Part shown: positions 39,817 to 48,124 of the stretch, piece by piece
Layout: each line of letters begins with the position of its first letter
How positions within the stretch are numbered: position 1 is the first letter of the stretch
Assembly: GCA_038060895.1 (NCBI GenBank)
Contig: JBBTCT010000015.1
Location: 121,616 to 185,615 of the forward strand
From: Planctomycetota bacterium
GTDB lineage: Bacteria > Planctomycetota > MHYJ01 > WSZJ01
Direction of reading: 5' to 3'
DNA: 64,000 nucleotides
Translations under genes and position numbers: made by a program
Notes under the pieces: generated by a model
Databases searched by the model: none
Seen by the model: the letters and a program-made list of their open reading frames with translations, nothing else
What the model was told of the DNA's origin: nothing

Positions 39817-40458
39817 ATGACCGCACCTACCTGCGAGCTGCAGAGCGCATCCATCGTCCTCGTCGGCCAGTTTCATGCTCCGCCTCGTTTTCATCCCGCG
39901 GAGCTGGCGCTTCGCGGTGTGCTGAGCAAGGAAGACGCGTCAAGTGCAACCATAAACATTGTTGCATCTGATATTTGTGATTGGTCCAATGATTGGCTTG
40001 GGATTGTCGTGAACAAGGAGCGACTTGAGGCCACGAGCCTGAAGCCTGATTCATATCCCCTCCTGAAGGACTTGGTGCTCGGGTGCTTTTCAAGCGACGA
40101 TTCGGATATGTTTCATCAAATCGGGTTCAATCGACAGATGCACTTTGCGTCAACACCCGAGATTCTAGGAAACGTCTTTGGGACAATACCTGTGCCCGAA
40201 CAAATGAAGGCACACGGTATTGGCGCCAAAGCATTCGGTGCTTCAATTCAGATCCCAATCACCTCTCGGCCAGGTAGCATCTTGCGAATAAAGTACGAAC
40301 CCAGCATTCGCGTGAAGGTGGGGCTCTTTGTGGATACGAATGAACATGCTCAGGTGGCGCCGGGTAGTCCGCGAGAGCCAATTCTCGCTCTGATTCGGGA
40401 TCGATGGATGAGCGCACTGAACGAAGCATCGGAGATTGCTGGGAAGCTAGCAACCTAG
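39817..40458 (+). CDS. Hypothetical protein of the islet (possibly TIGR04255-like)
   Basis: SIVLVGQF.....HP start, IGFN..HF and .EPS......FVD.N.H motifs; family guess is from recall only. Confidence 0.6.
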   Translation: MTAPTCELQSASIVLVGQFHAPPRFHPAELALRGVLSKEDASSATINIVASDICDWSNDWLGIVVNKERLEATSLKPDSYPLLKDLVLGCFSSDDSDMFHQIGFNRQMHFASTPEILGNVFGTIPVPEQMKAHGIGAKAFGASIQIPITSRPGSILRIKYEPSIRVKVGLFVDTNEHAQVAPGSPREPILALIRDRWMSALNEASEIAGKLAT

Positions 40459-40472
40459 GAGTACAGCGAGTA

Positions 40473-40979
40473 ATGAATACCAATCAAACCGTGGAGACCC
40501 GCTCCAAAAATGCCGGCTCACGGGGCAACTTAGAACGACAAGTCTTCGACGCGGAATACGAAGCGACCAAGGTCATCGCTGAGAAGGAGGCTCCGCGATC
40601 GCGCGCGGCGCTTGCAGTGAGTCCGACCATCGCCGTAATGGGTGCAAGCAAGGATGTCGGCTCCGTATCTTCTACGGCGCAAGGCCAAGTAAAGCCCAGC
40701 GACATCATTCGTGAGACTGTTCTCGGGCAGTGGGAGGGTACGGTGCAGGAAGTGCGTGAAGGCGAAATCTCAGCAGAGCTGGTTGACCTATTGGAGCCGC
40801 GTGTTCCAGAACGGGCTGAAATTAGCACCGACGAAATCACGCCCATTGAAGGACAGCCGATAGTGGCAGGATCTCAGTTCTACATGACCATTGTGCGACA
40901 GGTGCTGAAGACCAAGGAGATCCGTCGAGCCACCACAATCAGAATGCGAAGATTGCCGATCTATGTGCCAGAGCACTAG
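40473..40979 (+). CDS. Hypothetical protein of the islet
   Basis: C-terminal QWEG.V.EV....I.A.L.D...E.AE motif; closely spaced between its neighbours. Confidence 0.6.
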   Translation: MNTNQTVETRSKNAGSRGNLERQVFDAEYEATKVIAEKEAPRSRAALAVSPTIAVMGASKDVGSVSSTAQGQVKPSDIIRETVLGQWEGTVQEVREGEISAELVDLLEPRVPERAEISTDEITPIEGQPIVAGSQFYMTIVRQVLKTKEIRRATTIRMRRLPIYVPEH

Positions 40980-40980
40980 G

Positions 40981-42057
40981 ATGTATGGTGTGGACGACTG
41001 TTACAAAATACCGCCGAAACCAAATGAATTCGAACTTAGCCTGTTCGGTCCAGGAAAGGGAGAGTGCGTCGTATTGCATTTGGGAACTGGGACCTGGTTC
41101 GTAATCGATTCCTACGTGGATCGCAACTCCGGCCGTCCTATCGCGGAGAAATATCTCAATGATATCGGCGTCGACCCGAATCAGATTTCAGGTCTGCTTG
41201 TGTCTCACTGGCACGACGACCATGTTGGTGGTGCTAGCATGCTCGCTCGTCGCGCAGCCAAGGCTAGCGTGTTTGTACCAGTGTCGCTGAATGACGCGGA
41301 AACACTGCGGATGCTGGCCGCGGACAAGAAATACGAGTTTCGAGCCACGTCCAGAATTGGCGAGTTTAGGCAACTTTGTGAGTGTGCCAAAGATCGGCTG
41401 AGGCATGTGGTCGTCGACAGGACTGTGTGTGAGACCGAAATGTGCACCATGCGTGCGTTGAGTCCCAGTGACGAAGAGGTGACCAAGAGTTTGGAAAGAC
41501 TGGCGAAACAGCTGCCACCACCTGGCTCTCCGCTTCTTCCTTTTCGGGGAGGAAATCCAAACGATGCCTCGATTGTGCTTCTTGTCAACGCAGGACTGCT
41601 GCATCTGGTTCTTGGTTCCGACCTCCTTCAAGTCAATTCGGCCGCTGCCGGTTGGAATGCAGTCGTTTCCAATCCCGCAATGAAGGACGTCATGGCCGCA
41701 ATTACGAAAGTGCCACATCACGGTTCGAAGTCGAGCTATTCGCAAGTCTATTGGTCGAAACACTCGACCCCCGACGGGTTTGCCGCGATTGCGCCTTATC
41801 GTGGAGGCAATGTTGTGCTGCCGAGAAAGGCTGACACGAAGCGTTTGGCTAGTCTTGGAAAGAGAGTGTTGGTGACGCAGATTCCGGACGGAAAGGTTCC
41901 GCGCAGGCGCAATGCAGGGGCAGAAAAGGAGCTTGAAGCGATCTGTCGGAATCGGAGAGTTCTGATTGGCGAGAATGGACAAATCAGATTTAGGTGGACG
42001 CGCAACGCGAGGAGCGTTGCAGTAGAATTGTTTGCGGGCGCTTATGAAGCAACCTAG
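40981..42057 (+). CDS. Metallo-beta-lactamase-fold hydrolase, ComEC/Rec2-like (candidate nuclease)
   Basis: G.GEC.V, IDS, SHWHDDHVGG (HxHxDH), N..SIV, GSD, KVPHHGS; start could be 40963. Confidence 0.85.
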   Translation: MYGVDDCYKIPPKPNEFELSLFGPGKGECVVLHLGTGTWFVIDSYVDRNSGRPIAEKYLNDIGVDPNQISGLLVSHWHDDHVGGASMLARRAAKASVFVPVSLNDAETLRMLAADKKYEFRATSRIGEFRQLCECAKDRLRHVVVDRTVCETEMCTMRALSPSDEEVTKSLERLAKQLPPPGSPLLPFRGGNPNDASIVLLVNAGLLHLVLGSDLLQVNSAAAGWNAVVSNPAMKDVMAAITKVPHHGSKSSYSQVYWSKHSTPDGFAAIAPYRGGNVVLPRKADTKRLASLGKRVLVTQIPDGKVPRRRNAGAEKELEAICRNRRVLIGENGQIRFRWTRNARSVAVELFAGAYEAT

Positions 42058-42195
42058 ATGGCTTTGAGTTGAGCTGGATGTCAACGGGGAATAGGGTGAG
42101 AGTTGCTGCCCCTGGGCCCTTGAATTGCTCGCTTCAATCCGACGATCTGAAATCAAAGTTCACTCGCCCCTTGCCCGCGCCTAACCAACCTCCTC

Positions 42196-42297
42196 CTATT
42201 TCGAAGCGACCGCCGCCGAGGACGGCCCCGCGAGGGGGATGACCTCGAACTTCACGAAACCTGCTTTGGCGCACCACCCGCGGAAGTCAGCGCGTCC
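42196..42297 (-). pseudogene. 3' remnant of a SAM-dependent O-methyltransferase-like gene
   Basis: Translates to ADFRGWCAKAGFVKFEVIPLAGPSSAAVASK-TAG, resembling the C-terminus of methyltransferase_2 family proteins; no 5' part. Confidence 0.5.
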
Positions 42298-42324
42298 CGT
42301 CCTGCGCTTGGCTTTCGCGAACTC

Positions 42325-42560
42325 AGGCCGGTCCATCTCCGTAGGGTACCACCTTCCCCTCCGCGAGGGCCTCGCGGATGGTCTCGACCTAGTGTCGAAG
42401 TTCCTCCACTTCGCCGGAGTTATTCACGTGGGCCGCCCCCGTGGCCCAGCTCTTCCTGGCCTCCGCGACCCTGCCCGTCTGCAGGAGCCGTCCCGCGTGG
42501 GCGCAGAGCATCGTCCTTTTCATGCGCGCGTCCCCGGCAGTCTGGATGAACGCCAGGCCG
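42325..42560 (-). pseudogene. Degenerate 3' fragment of a TPR family gene
   Basis: GDARMKRTMLCAHA..LLQTGRVAEARKSWATG matches the family's last repeat; in-frame stop at 42389. Confidence 0.6.
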
Positions 42561-42590
42561 CACCGGCCCACCTTTGCGCTTCCGCCTACA

Positions 42591-43300
42591 TCATGCCTTG
42601 TCCTCATCAAACGCCGCCACCCCCGCTTCCTCGCACGCCCGGCGCATTTCGGCGCGAACCTGGTCCAGCTCGCGGACGTCGCCGATGGACCGGAGGATGT
42701 CCGCCCCCTCGTTCCGGCGCTCGCGGGCGGTGGCGGCGTCGCCGAGGGCGAGAAGCGTCAGCCCGAGTCCGCAGGCGTGGGCTCCCTCGAAGGCGCGGTT
42801 GCGCACGCGGCGGTGGAGGGCGAGTGCTTCCTCGAAGAGCGGTCTCGCCGCGTCCGGGTGGCCCGTGCTCAGTTCCAAGCTCGCGAGGTTGCCGAGCACG
42901 CAGCCCTCGGAGCGGGGGGCGCCGACCCGCCTACGCGCTTCGCGCTTCGGCGGGCGGGCCCTCGCGGGCGAGCGCGAGCGCCTGGCCGGAGCGGGCGAGA
43001 GAATCGAGCACCGTCGGCGATCGGACCTCGCTCCGCGGCGCCGCCGAAGGGCTGGCGGCGCCGCTTCGCTCGCCCCGATCGCGCGCCGTCGCTCGATTCT
43101 CTCGCCCGCTCCCGGAAAACGGCGAAAGGCCTCAGCGTGAGGATGCGCCGGCCCGAGGCGGCCCTTCCCGTGAAGTCCGCTCCGCTTCCTCCGCGCGGCC
43201 GAGGAGGTGCAGAAGGTCGGCGAGGCTGCCGACTGTGATGCCCTCGAAGCGCGTGTCGCCGAGCTCGCGAGAGCCGGCGAGGGCCGGAGGGCGCCCGGTG
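42591..43300 (-). pseudogene. Rearranged 3' fragment of a TPR family gene (direct-repeat copy I)
   Basis: About 42606-42990 is nearly identical to 46345-46700 and 49560-49915; interrupted by a 34-nt palindrome; a further TPR piece lies at about 43180-43290. Confidence 0.8.
42927..42960. repeat. 34-nt hairpin insertion (ccgcctacgcgcttcgcgcttcggcggg)
   Basis: Present between GAC and CTCGCGGG here, absent from the otherwise matching copies at about 46665 and 49878. Confidence 0.7.
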
Positions 43301-43365
43301 TCCTGAGAATCGAAGTCTGCCACCTGCTAAAATCGAGATTCGGTGACGGAAGGAGTCGCGGTCGC

Positions 43366-44280
43366 ATGGGACGATTGCTGGACATGTTGTTCGACCGGGA
43401 AACCACGCGGCTGCTGCCGGGTGAGCGCGCTGTCCTGCTGACGATGCTGGCGGGGGACGAGACTCTTCTCAGGGCGGTCCGCGACGAGACCTCGATGTCC
43501 GTTCACTTTCGGCATCGCGAGGGACGAAGCGCGTACGAGGCGCCCCTGTTCGATCACTCCGATCTGGTGTCGTCCCTGGAACCCTTCATTCGCTCGCTGC
43601 GCCGCCCGATGGAATCGGAGCCGCTGATCGCCAGGGACCGGCGGACGGGGCGACTGCTGGAATTCCGCCTTTCATTCGAGCCGCGGATCCTGCACGTGGC
43701 TCCGAGTTGTTTGAAGGGCAGAACCCTGGACGGGTCGCGGTGGCCGTGGGACTTCGAGCCCGAGCTTCCGCCGGCGGCGCCCGGAAAGTACGTGAAGCTG
43801 GTTGGTCCGGACATCGCAAGGAACCCAGGGCCGGACGATATTGCGCGGTTGGCCGCCTGGCTCGAGCTCCAAACTGTTGATTTCGAGGGGGTGCGACAGG
43901 GGATGACGCAGTACGACCCGGCGGAGCCATCGCGGCTGCGCGCCTGCGAAGCCCGCATCGGCGCGCCAGCGTTCGGCCTGCTAAGGCGCTTCCTTGAAGT
44001 GTGCGACGGGCTTGGCTGGCTGGACGTCGAGAGCTTCGGCGCCGAAGACATCTGCAAGGGGGACGGAGAGGACGTCGTGATCGGCAGCTACGACAGGGAC
44101 TTCCAGGAAAAGTCGCGAGTCGTGCTGAGAGCGGGACCCGGAGGAGGCGTCTTCGGTTCGTGCGGACGGGAGTGGGTCCGCATCGGCGAATCTGTCGAGG
44201 ATCTCTGGCGCACCGTCGTCCTCGCGAAGCACCAGGCGACCGGCGCGCCGGTCGCGCTGAGGGCTTTCCTCCCATGCTGA
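43366..44280 (+). CDS. Hypothetical protein with C-terminal SMI1/KNR4 (SUKH)-like domain
   Basis: GAAGGAG RBS; LRACEARIG.....LRRFL..CDG......FGAEDI pattern; paralogous to the next gene. Confidence 0.55.
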   Translation: MGRLLDMLFDRETTRLLPGERAVLLTMLAGDETLLRAVRDETSMSVHFRHREGRSAYEAPLFDHSDLVSSLEPFIRSLRRPMESEPLIARDRRTGRLLEFRLSFEPRILHVAPSCLKGRTLDGSRWPWDFEPELPPAAPGKYVKLVGPDIARNPGPDDIARLAAWLELQTVDFEGVRQGMTQYDPAEPSRLRACEARIGAPAFGLLRRFLEVCDGLGWLDVESFGAEDICKGDGEDVVIGSYDRDFQEKSRVVLRAGPGGGVFGSCGREWVRIGESVEDLWRTVVLAKHQATGAPVALRAFLPC

Positions 44281-45131
44281 GCCTGCTGAAGTTCCTCCTG
44301 AGGAAGCCGCGACCGGCCGCCACCAGCGTCGAGAATGAGATTCTGCGGAGATTGTCCGCGAAGGACGAAGTCCTGAAGGAGGCGCTGTTCGCGTATCGCC
44401 GCGTCCTTGTGAAGACCCGCACGCGGCCCACCCCATCCGTCGAATCGACGGAGTTGATACACGGCGGTCTCTCCGTGAGCGTCACCCGTCCCCTCGCGTC
44501 GCCGTGCCAGATGACACGGGATCGCAGGAGCCGGCGCGTCATCGAGTACCAGCTTCACCTCGATCCCGGCCCCGAATTCGTCGATGCCGTCCTGCGCCTC
44601 GTCGCTCGTGCCCAGGACGGCCTGCCGCTCCCGCGGCGCTGGGACCCTGAGGTTCTGACGGCGGAGGAGGATTCCGTCCGATCGTTTCTCCGTCGCGACG
44701 AGCCCGGCGTCGGCCACCGGCCGGATGCCGCGGGCGTCGAGCGCATCGCGGCGTGGCTCGGCGTCCCCGCGGCGCTCGTGTTGTTCCGGACCAGTGGCCT
44801 CACCGTGTTTCCGCCGGACCCGGTCGAGGAAATCCGGGACTGCGCGATACGGATCGAGGCAGCCCGGTTTGAATTCTTGAAAGACTACCTGGAACACGTG
44901 GGCGGGTTCTGGTTCACCGGATACCGGCTCTTCGGCGCGCGCGAGATCCGGACGCTTCCCTCAGGCGCAACGTTTCTCGGGCACGGGTCCTTCGGCCACC
45001 CGCTGGTCGTTCTCGAGGACGACGGGGGCCGGCCGGCGCTTTTCATCCTGGATGAAGCCGGCGCAGGGAAAACGCGCGCCGCCGATTCCATTCGCGACCT
45101 GCTCCGCCGAGCATTCGAACTCCGATCCTGA
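44274..45131 (+). CDS. Hypothetical protein with C-terminal SMI1/KNR4 (SUKH)-like domain (paralog)
   Basis: Overlaps the previous stop; RDRR..R..E..L, I.AWL and IRDC..RI......KDYL..VGG....Y.LFGAREI shared with the previous gene. Confidence 0.55.
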   Translation: MLSLLKFLLRKPRPAATSVENEILRRLSAKDEVLKEALFAYRRVLVKTRTRPTPSVESTELIHGGLSVSVTRPLASPCQMTRDRRSRRVIEYQLHLDPGPEFVDAVLRLVARAQDGLPLPRRWDPEVLTAEEDSVRSFLRRDEPGVGHRPDAAGVERIAAWLGVPAALVLFRTSGLTVFPPDPVEEIRDCAIRIEAARFEFLKDYLEHVGGFWFTGYRLFGAREIRTLPSGATFLGHGSFGHPLVVLEDDGGRPALFILDEAGAGKTRAADSIRDLLRRAFELRS

Positions 45132-45199
45132 CCTCCTTCTCCGTGCCGGGATTCCCCGTGAACGACTCCGCCGCAGGTGACGATTTACACGCACCGCGC

Positions 45200-46198
45200 C
45201 TACTTCGCTTCTTCGCATTCCTTGAGCATTGCCTGCAGCACCTTCAGCCTTCTTTCCCTCGGCGGGTCCTTCACGTCCACCCCGAAAGGCCAGTCTCCGT
45301 TCGACTGGATGCGCCACTTCAGCTGATTGACCGAGGCCTTTCGCTGCGCGGCAAGGCTGGACTGGAAGTCCGCTTCCTTGAGCGGCTCGGCGCGGCCGCA
45401 GAAGCGCAGCACCATGCGGGTGCCGTTTTCGTGCGGTGCGGATTCCCAGGCGGTCATGTAGTCGGGGTTGGTGACGTCTGCGTCGAAGGGGTAGCAGTAC
45501 GAATACTCGGGAGTGCCCTTGGCGGCCGTGGGACAGGTGAACAGGTCGTCGTCCTGCGCCAGGTCGGGCGCCTTGAGGTCGGCGAACTCGAGCGGGTAGA
45601 ACTTGTGCTTCAGTTCGTAGAGGAGCATGTAGATCCCGAGCTGCGTGAGGTTGACCTTGCAGAGCGTCGCGGTGTCGGCCGCGCGTTCGAGATCGGGGAT
45701 CCAGCGGAAGGCGCCGTCGGCGAACACAAGGTCGAGCGCGAAGTGTGTGTCATCGGTCCGGAGGAAGACCTCATAAATAGACTCCTTCGACTTCATGGAC
45801 CGGATCAGGCCCCGATGCACGAAAGACTCATCGTCGCCCGCCGAGTCGATTCGCTTCACCTTGAGGGTCACCGCCTGCCTGGCCGGAAAACTGAGGAGAT
45901 GGCCGACGAAGGTCTCGTCGATCGGCTTCTGGCGTGTGGCGATGCGCGCCGCGACGCGCACTGCCGCGTCGTCCCCGAACACTTTCTTGATCCAGCCGTC
46001 GGTGTCGGCAAGAACGAGTTCTTTCGCGTACGCCCTGAGCTCGGCGCTGTCGCCGCCTTTCGCAAGATCCAATCCACGGCGAACAAAGGTGCGCGCTTCC
46101 TCAGTGCGGTCCTTCCCGCCGTCGAGTGGCTCTGGATCCGCGGTAGCGGTAAGGGCGAGCAGGGCGAGCAGCAGGGGACTGAGGCGGCAGAAAGGCAT
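45200..46198 (-). CDS. Exported hypothetical protein with DUF1559/pseudopilin-like segment
   Basis: Signal peptide; C..NL.QLG....LY......YP...L...FTCP motif; AGGAG RBS. Confidence 0.6.
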   Translation of the reverse strand: MPFCRLSPLLLALLALTATADPEPLDGGKDRTEEARTFVRRGLDLAKGGDSAELRAYAKELVLADTDGWIKKVFGDDAAVRVAARIATRQKPIDETFVGHLLSFPARQAVTLKVKRIDSAGDDESFVHRGLIRSMKSKESIYEVFLRTDDTHFALDLVFADGAFRWIPDLERAADTATLCKVNLTQLGIYMLLYELKHKFYPLEFADLKAPDLAQDDDLFTCPTAAKGTPEYSYCYPFDADVTNPDYMTAWESAPHENGTRMVLRFCGRAEPLKEADFQSSLAAQRKASVNQLKWRIQSNGDWPFGVDVKDPPRERRLKVLQAMLKECEEAK

Positions 46199-46338
46199 GT
46201 GGGGCTCCTGTCGGGTGCCCGGGTTGGAGGTTGAATGAGGGGAGCATATCTCCGAATGCACTCAGCTTGCCTTCTCATGCGCATCCGGTGCCGCGGGTGT
46301 TGGGGATTTCGTTCAGGAAGAGGAGGACGGTCGCTCTG

Positions 46339-47135
46339 CTACCCATCGAACGCCGCCACCCCCGCTTCCCCGCACGCCCGGCGCATCTCGGCGCGAACCT
46401 GGTCCAGCTCGCGGACGTCGCCGATGGACCGGAGGATGTCCGCCCCCTCGTTCCGGCGCTCGCGGGCGGTGGCGGCGTCGCCGAGGGCGAGAAGCGTCAG
46501 CCCGAGTCCGCAGGCGTGGGCTCCCTCGAAGGCGCGGTTGCGCACGCGGCGGTGGATGGCGAGCGCTTCCTCGAAGAGCGGTCTCGCCGCGTCCGGGTGG
46601 CCCGTGCTCAGGTCCAGGCTCGCGAGGTTGCCGAGCACGCTGCCCTCGGAGCGGGCGTCGCCGACCTCGCGCGCGAGCGCGAGCGCCTGGCCGTAGCGGG
46701 CGCGCGCCTCGGCGGCGCGGCCCGTGTCCGCGAGGAGCATGGCGAGGTTCGTCAGCGAGAAGACCTCCTGGTACCGATCCCCGACTTCGCGCTGGAGCCG
46801 GATGGCCTCTTCCAGCTTCCGTTCCGCCGGCCCGAGGCGGCCGGACTGCATGAAGAGCGTCCCCTGGCAGCAGGTCACGCCCGCTTCGCAGCGGCGATCG
46901 GCGATGTCGCGAAAGGCGCGGAGCGCGCTCTCGTAGAGCGGTTCCGCTTCCGCGATCCGGCCGAGGTCGACGAGGAGATTTCCCAGGTTGGACTCCGCCA
47001 CGGCAGTGGTGCGCGGGTCGCCGGCCCCGATGTCGCGCGACTGCCGGAGGAGGACCTCCGCTTCCTTCAGGCGCCCGGTCTCATAGTAGAGGAGTCCCAG
47101 GTCGCCGATCGCCTTGCCCTCGAGGTTTCGCAGCC
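46339..47135 (-). pseudogene. 5'-truncated TPR family gene (direct-repeat copy II)
   Basis: About 5 repeats plus the C-terminal EMRRACGEAGVAAFDG; lacks the conserved N-terminal motif. Confidence 0.8.
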
Positions 47136-47208
47136 CGCCCTCGCCCGCTCCTGGAAAACGGCGAACGGCGTCAGGGAAGGGTGAGAATGCGCCGGCCGGG
47201 CGGCCTGG

Positions 47209-47571
47209 CTACGGAATCTTCAGTCCGGTCACTTTCGACACGATTTCGCTCACGCGCTTCGCCAGTGTTTCCGGGACCGCGCCGTAGCGGCGCAGAAGCG
47301 AGTCCGCGGGGATGACCTGGATGCGCTCCACGTAGAGGAAACACGGCTTCTTCAGTCCCAGCTCTGGCCACTCGGCGAGCGAGGCGGAAAGCGGCAGGAT
47401 GGAAGGGTCGTCTCCCGGCCGCCCGGTGATCTTCATGGCCCAGACAAGGCCCTGGGCTGAGGCGTAGGCGGGCGTCGAAGCGATGAGGGCCGGACGCGGC
47501 TTCGAGGTTCCGTCCTCGTGCTTCCACTCGACGAGCCAGACGTCCCATTGGCTGAAGGCCGGAGGCGGCAT
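47209..47571 (-). CDS. PemK/MazF-family toxin
   Basis: WDVWLV......GTSKPRPALI.S, IT, GLKKP......I..I motifs; downstream of DUF433. Confidence 0.8.
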   Translation of the reverse strand: MPPPAFSQWDVWLVEWKHEDGTSKPRPALIASTPAYASAQGLVWAMKITGRPGDDPSILPLSASLAEWPELGLKKPCFLYVERIQVIPADSLLRRYGAVPETLAKRVSEIVSKVTGLKIP

Positions 47572-47577
47572 TCCTGG

Positions 47578-47931
47578 CTAGAGCTCGTCGTCGCCGGGTT
47601 CGTCCGTGTTTGGAAAGCGGCGGCCGAGCTCCTGGAGCTTGAGGAACACAGCCTCGGGGATTTCGACTTCGCGCGCCTTCTCGAAAGCCGGGGAGGGAAC
47701 GATTTTGGAGACGACTTCGCGGGCGAACGAGAGGCAGGCTCGCACGTCCTCCGGCTTGAGGCGAGGATCCTGCTTCAAGACGTCCTCGACGGCCCATCCG
47801 CGCGAGAGGAGATCGACGACCGCCTCGACCGAAATGCGAGTTCCGCGCACCACAGGCTTGCCGACGAGAATCTGCGGGTCGCTGGTAATGCGGTCACGCC
47901 AGTCGGGTGCTTCGGGGAGAGTCGGGCTCAT
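47578..47931 (-). CDS. DUF433 domain protein (putative antitoxin)
   Basis: RITSDPQILVGKPVVRGTRISV...L..G....DVL...P.L..EDV.ACL; TAGAAT 6 nt before ATG. Confidence 0.85.
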   Translation of the reverse strand: MSPTLPEAPDWRDRITSDPQILVGKPVVRGTRISVEAVVDLLSRGWAVEDVLKQDPRLKPEDVRACLSFAREVVSKIVPSPAFEKAREVEIPEAVFLKLQELGRRFPNTDEPGDDEL

Positions 47932-48000
47932 GACGGAATTCTAGCAGAACCGCGGGCATCAGCCTCGTGGTGAAAGACGACGGCGGCGAGAGGCGCACCG

Positions 48001-48079
48001 CTACTCCTCGAACGCCGCCACCCCCGCTTCCCCGCACGCCCGGCGCATCTCGGCGAGAACCTGGTCCAGCTCGCGGACG
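48001..48079 (-). pseudogene. Minimal 3' remnant of a TPR family gene (direct-repeat copy III)
   Basis: VRELDQVLAEMRRACGEAGVAAFEE-TAG; nucleotide match to copies I, II and IV. Confidence 0.8.
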
Positions 48080-48124
48080 GGCGGAGACGAAGCGTCCAGC
48101 GCCGGATCCGAGTAGGATGCCCCC

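Larger units (their letters stand above)
39746..42190. mobile_element. Low-GC genomic islet directly downstream of icd (no integrase visible)
   Basis: Abrupt drop in GC and GC3 bias relative to the flanks; three co-oriented foreign-looking genes; right edge abuts gene remnants. Confidence 0.65.
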
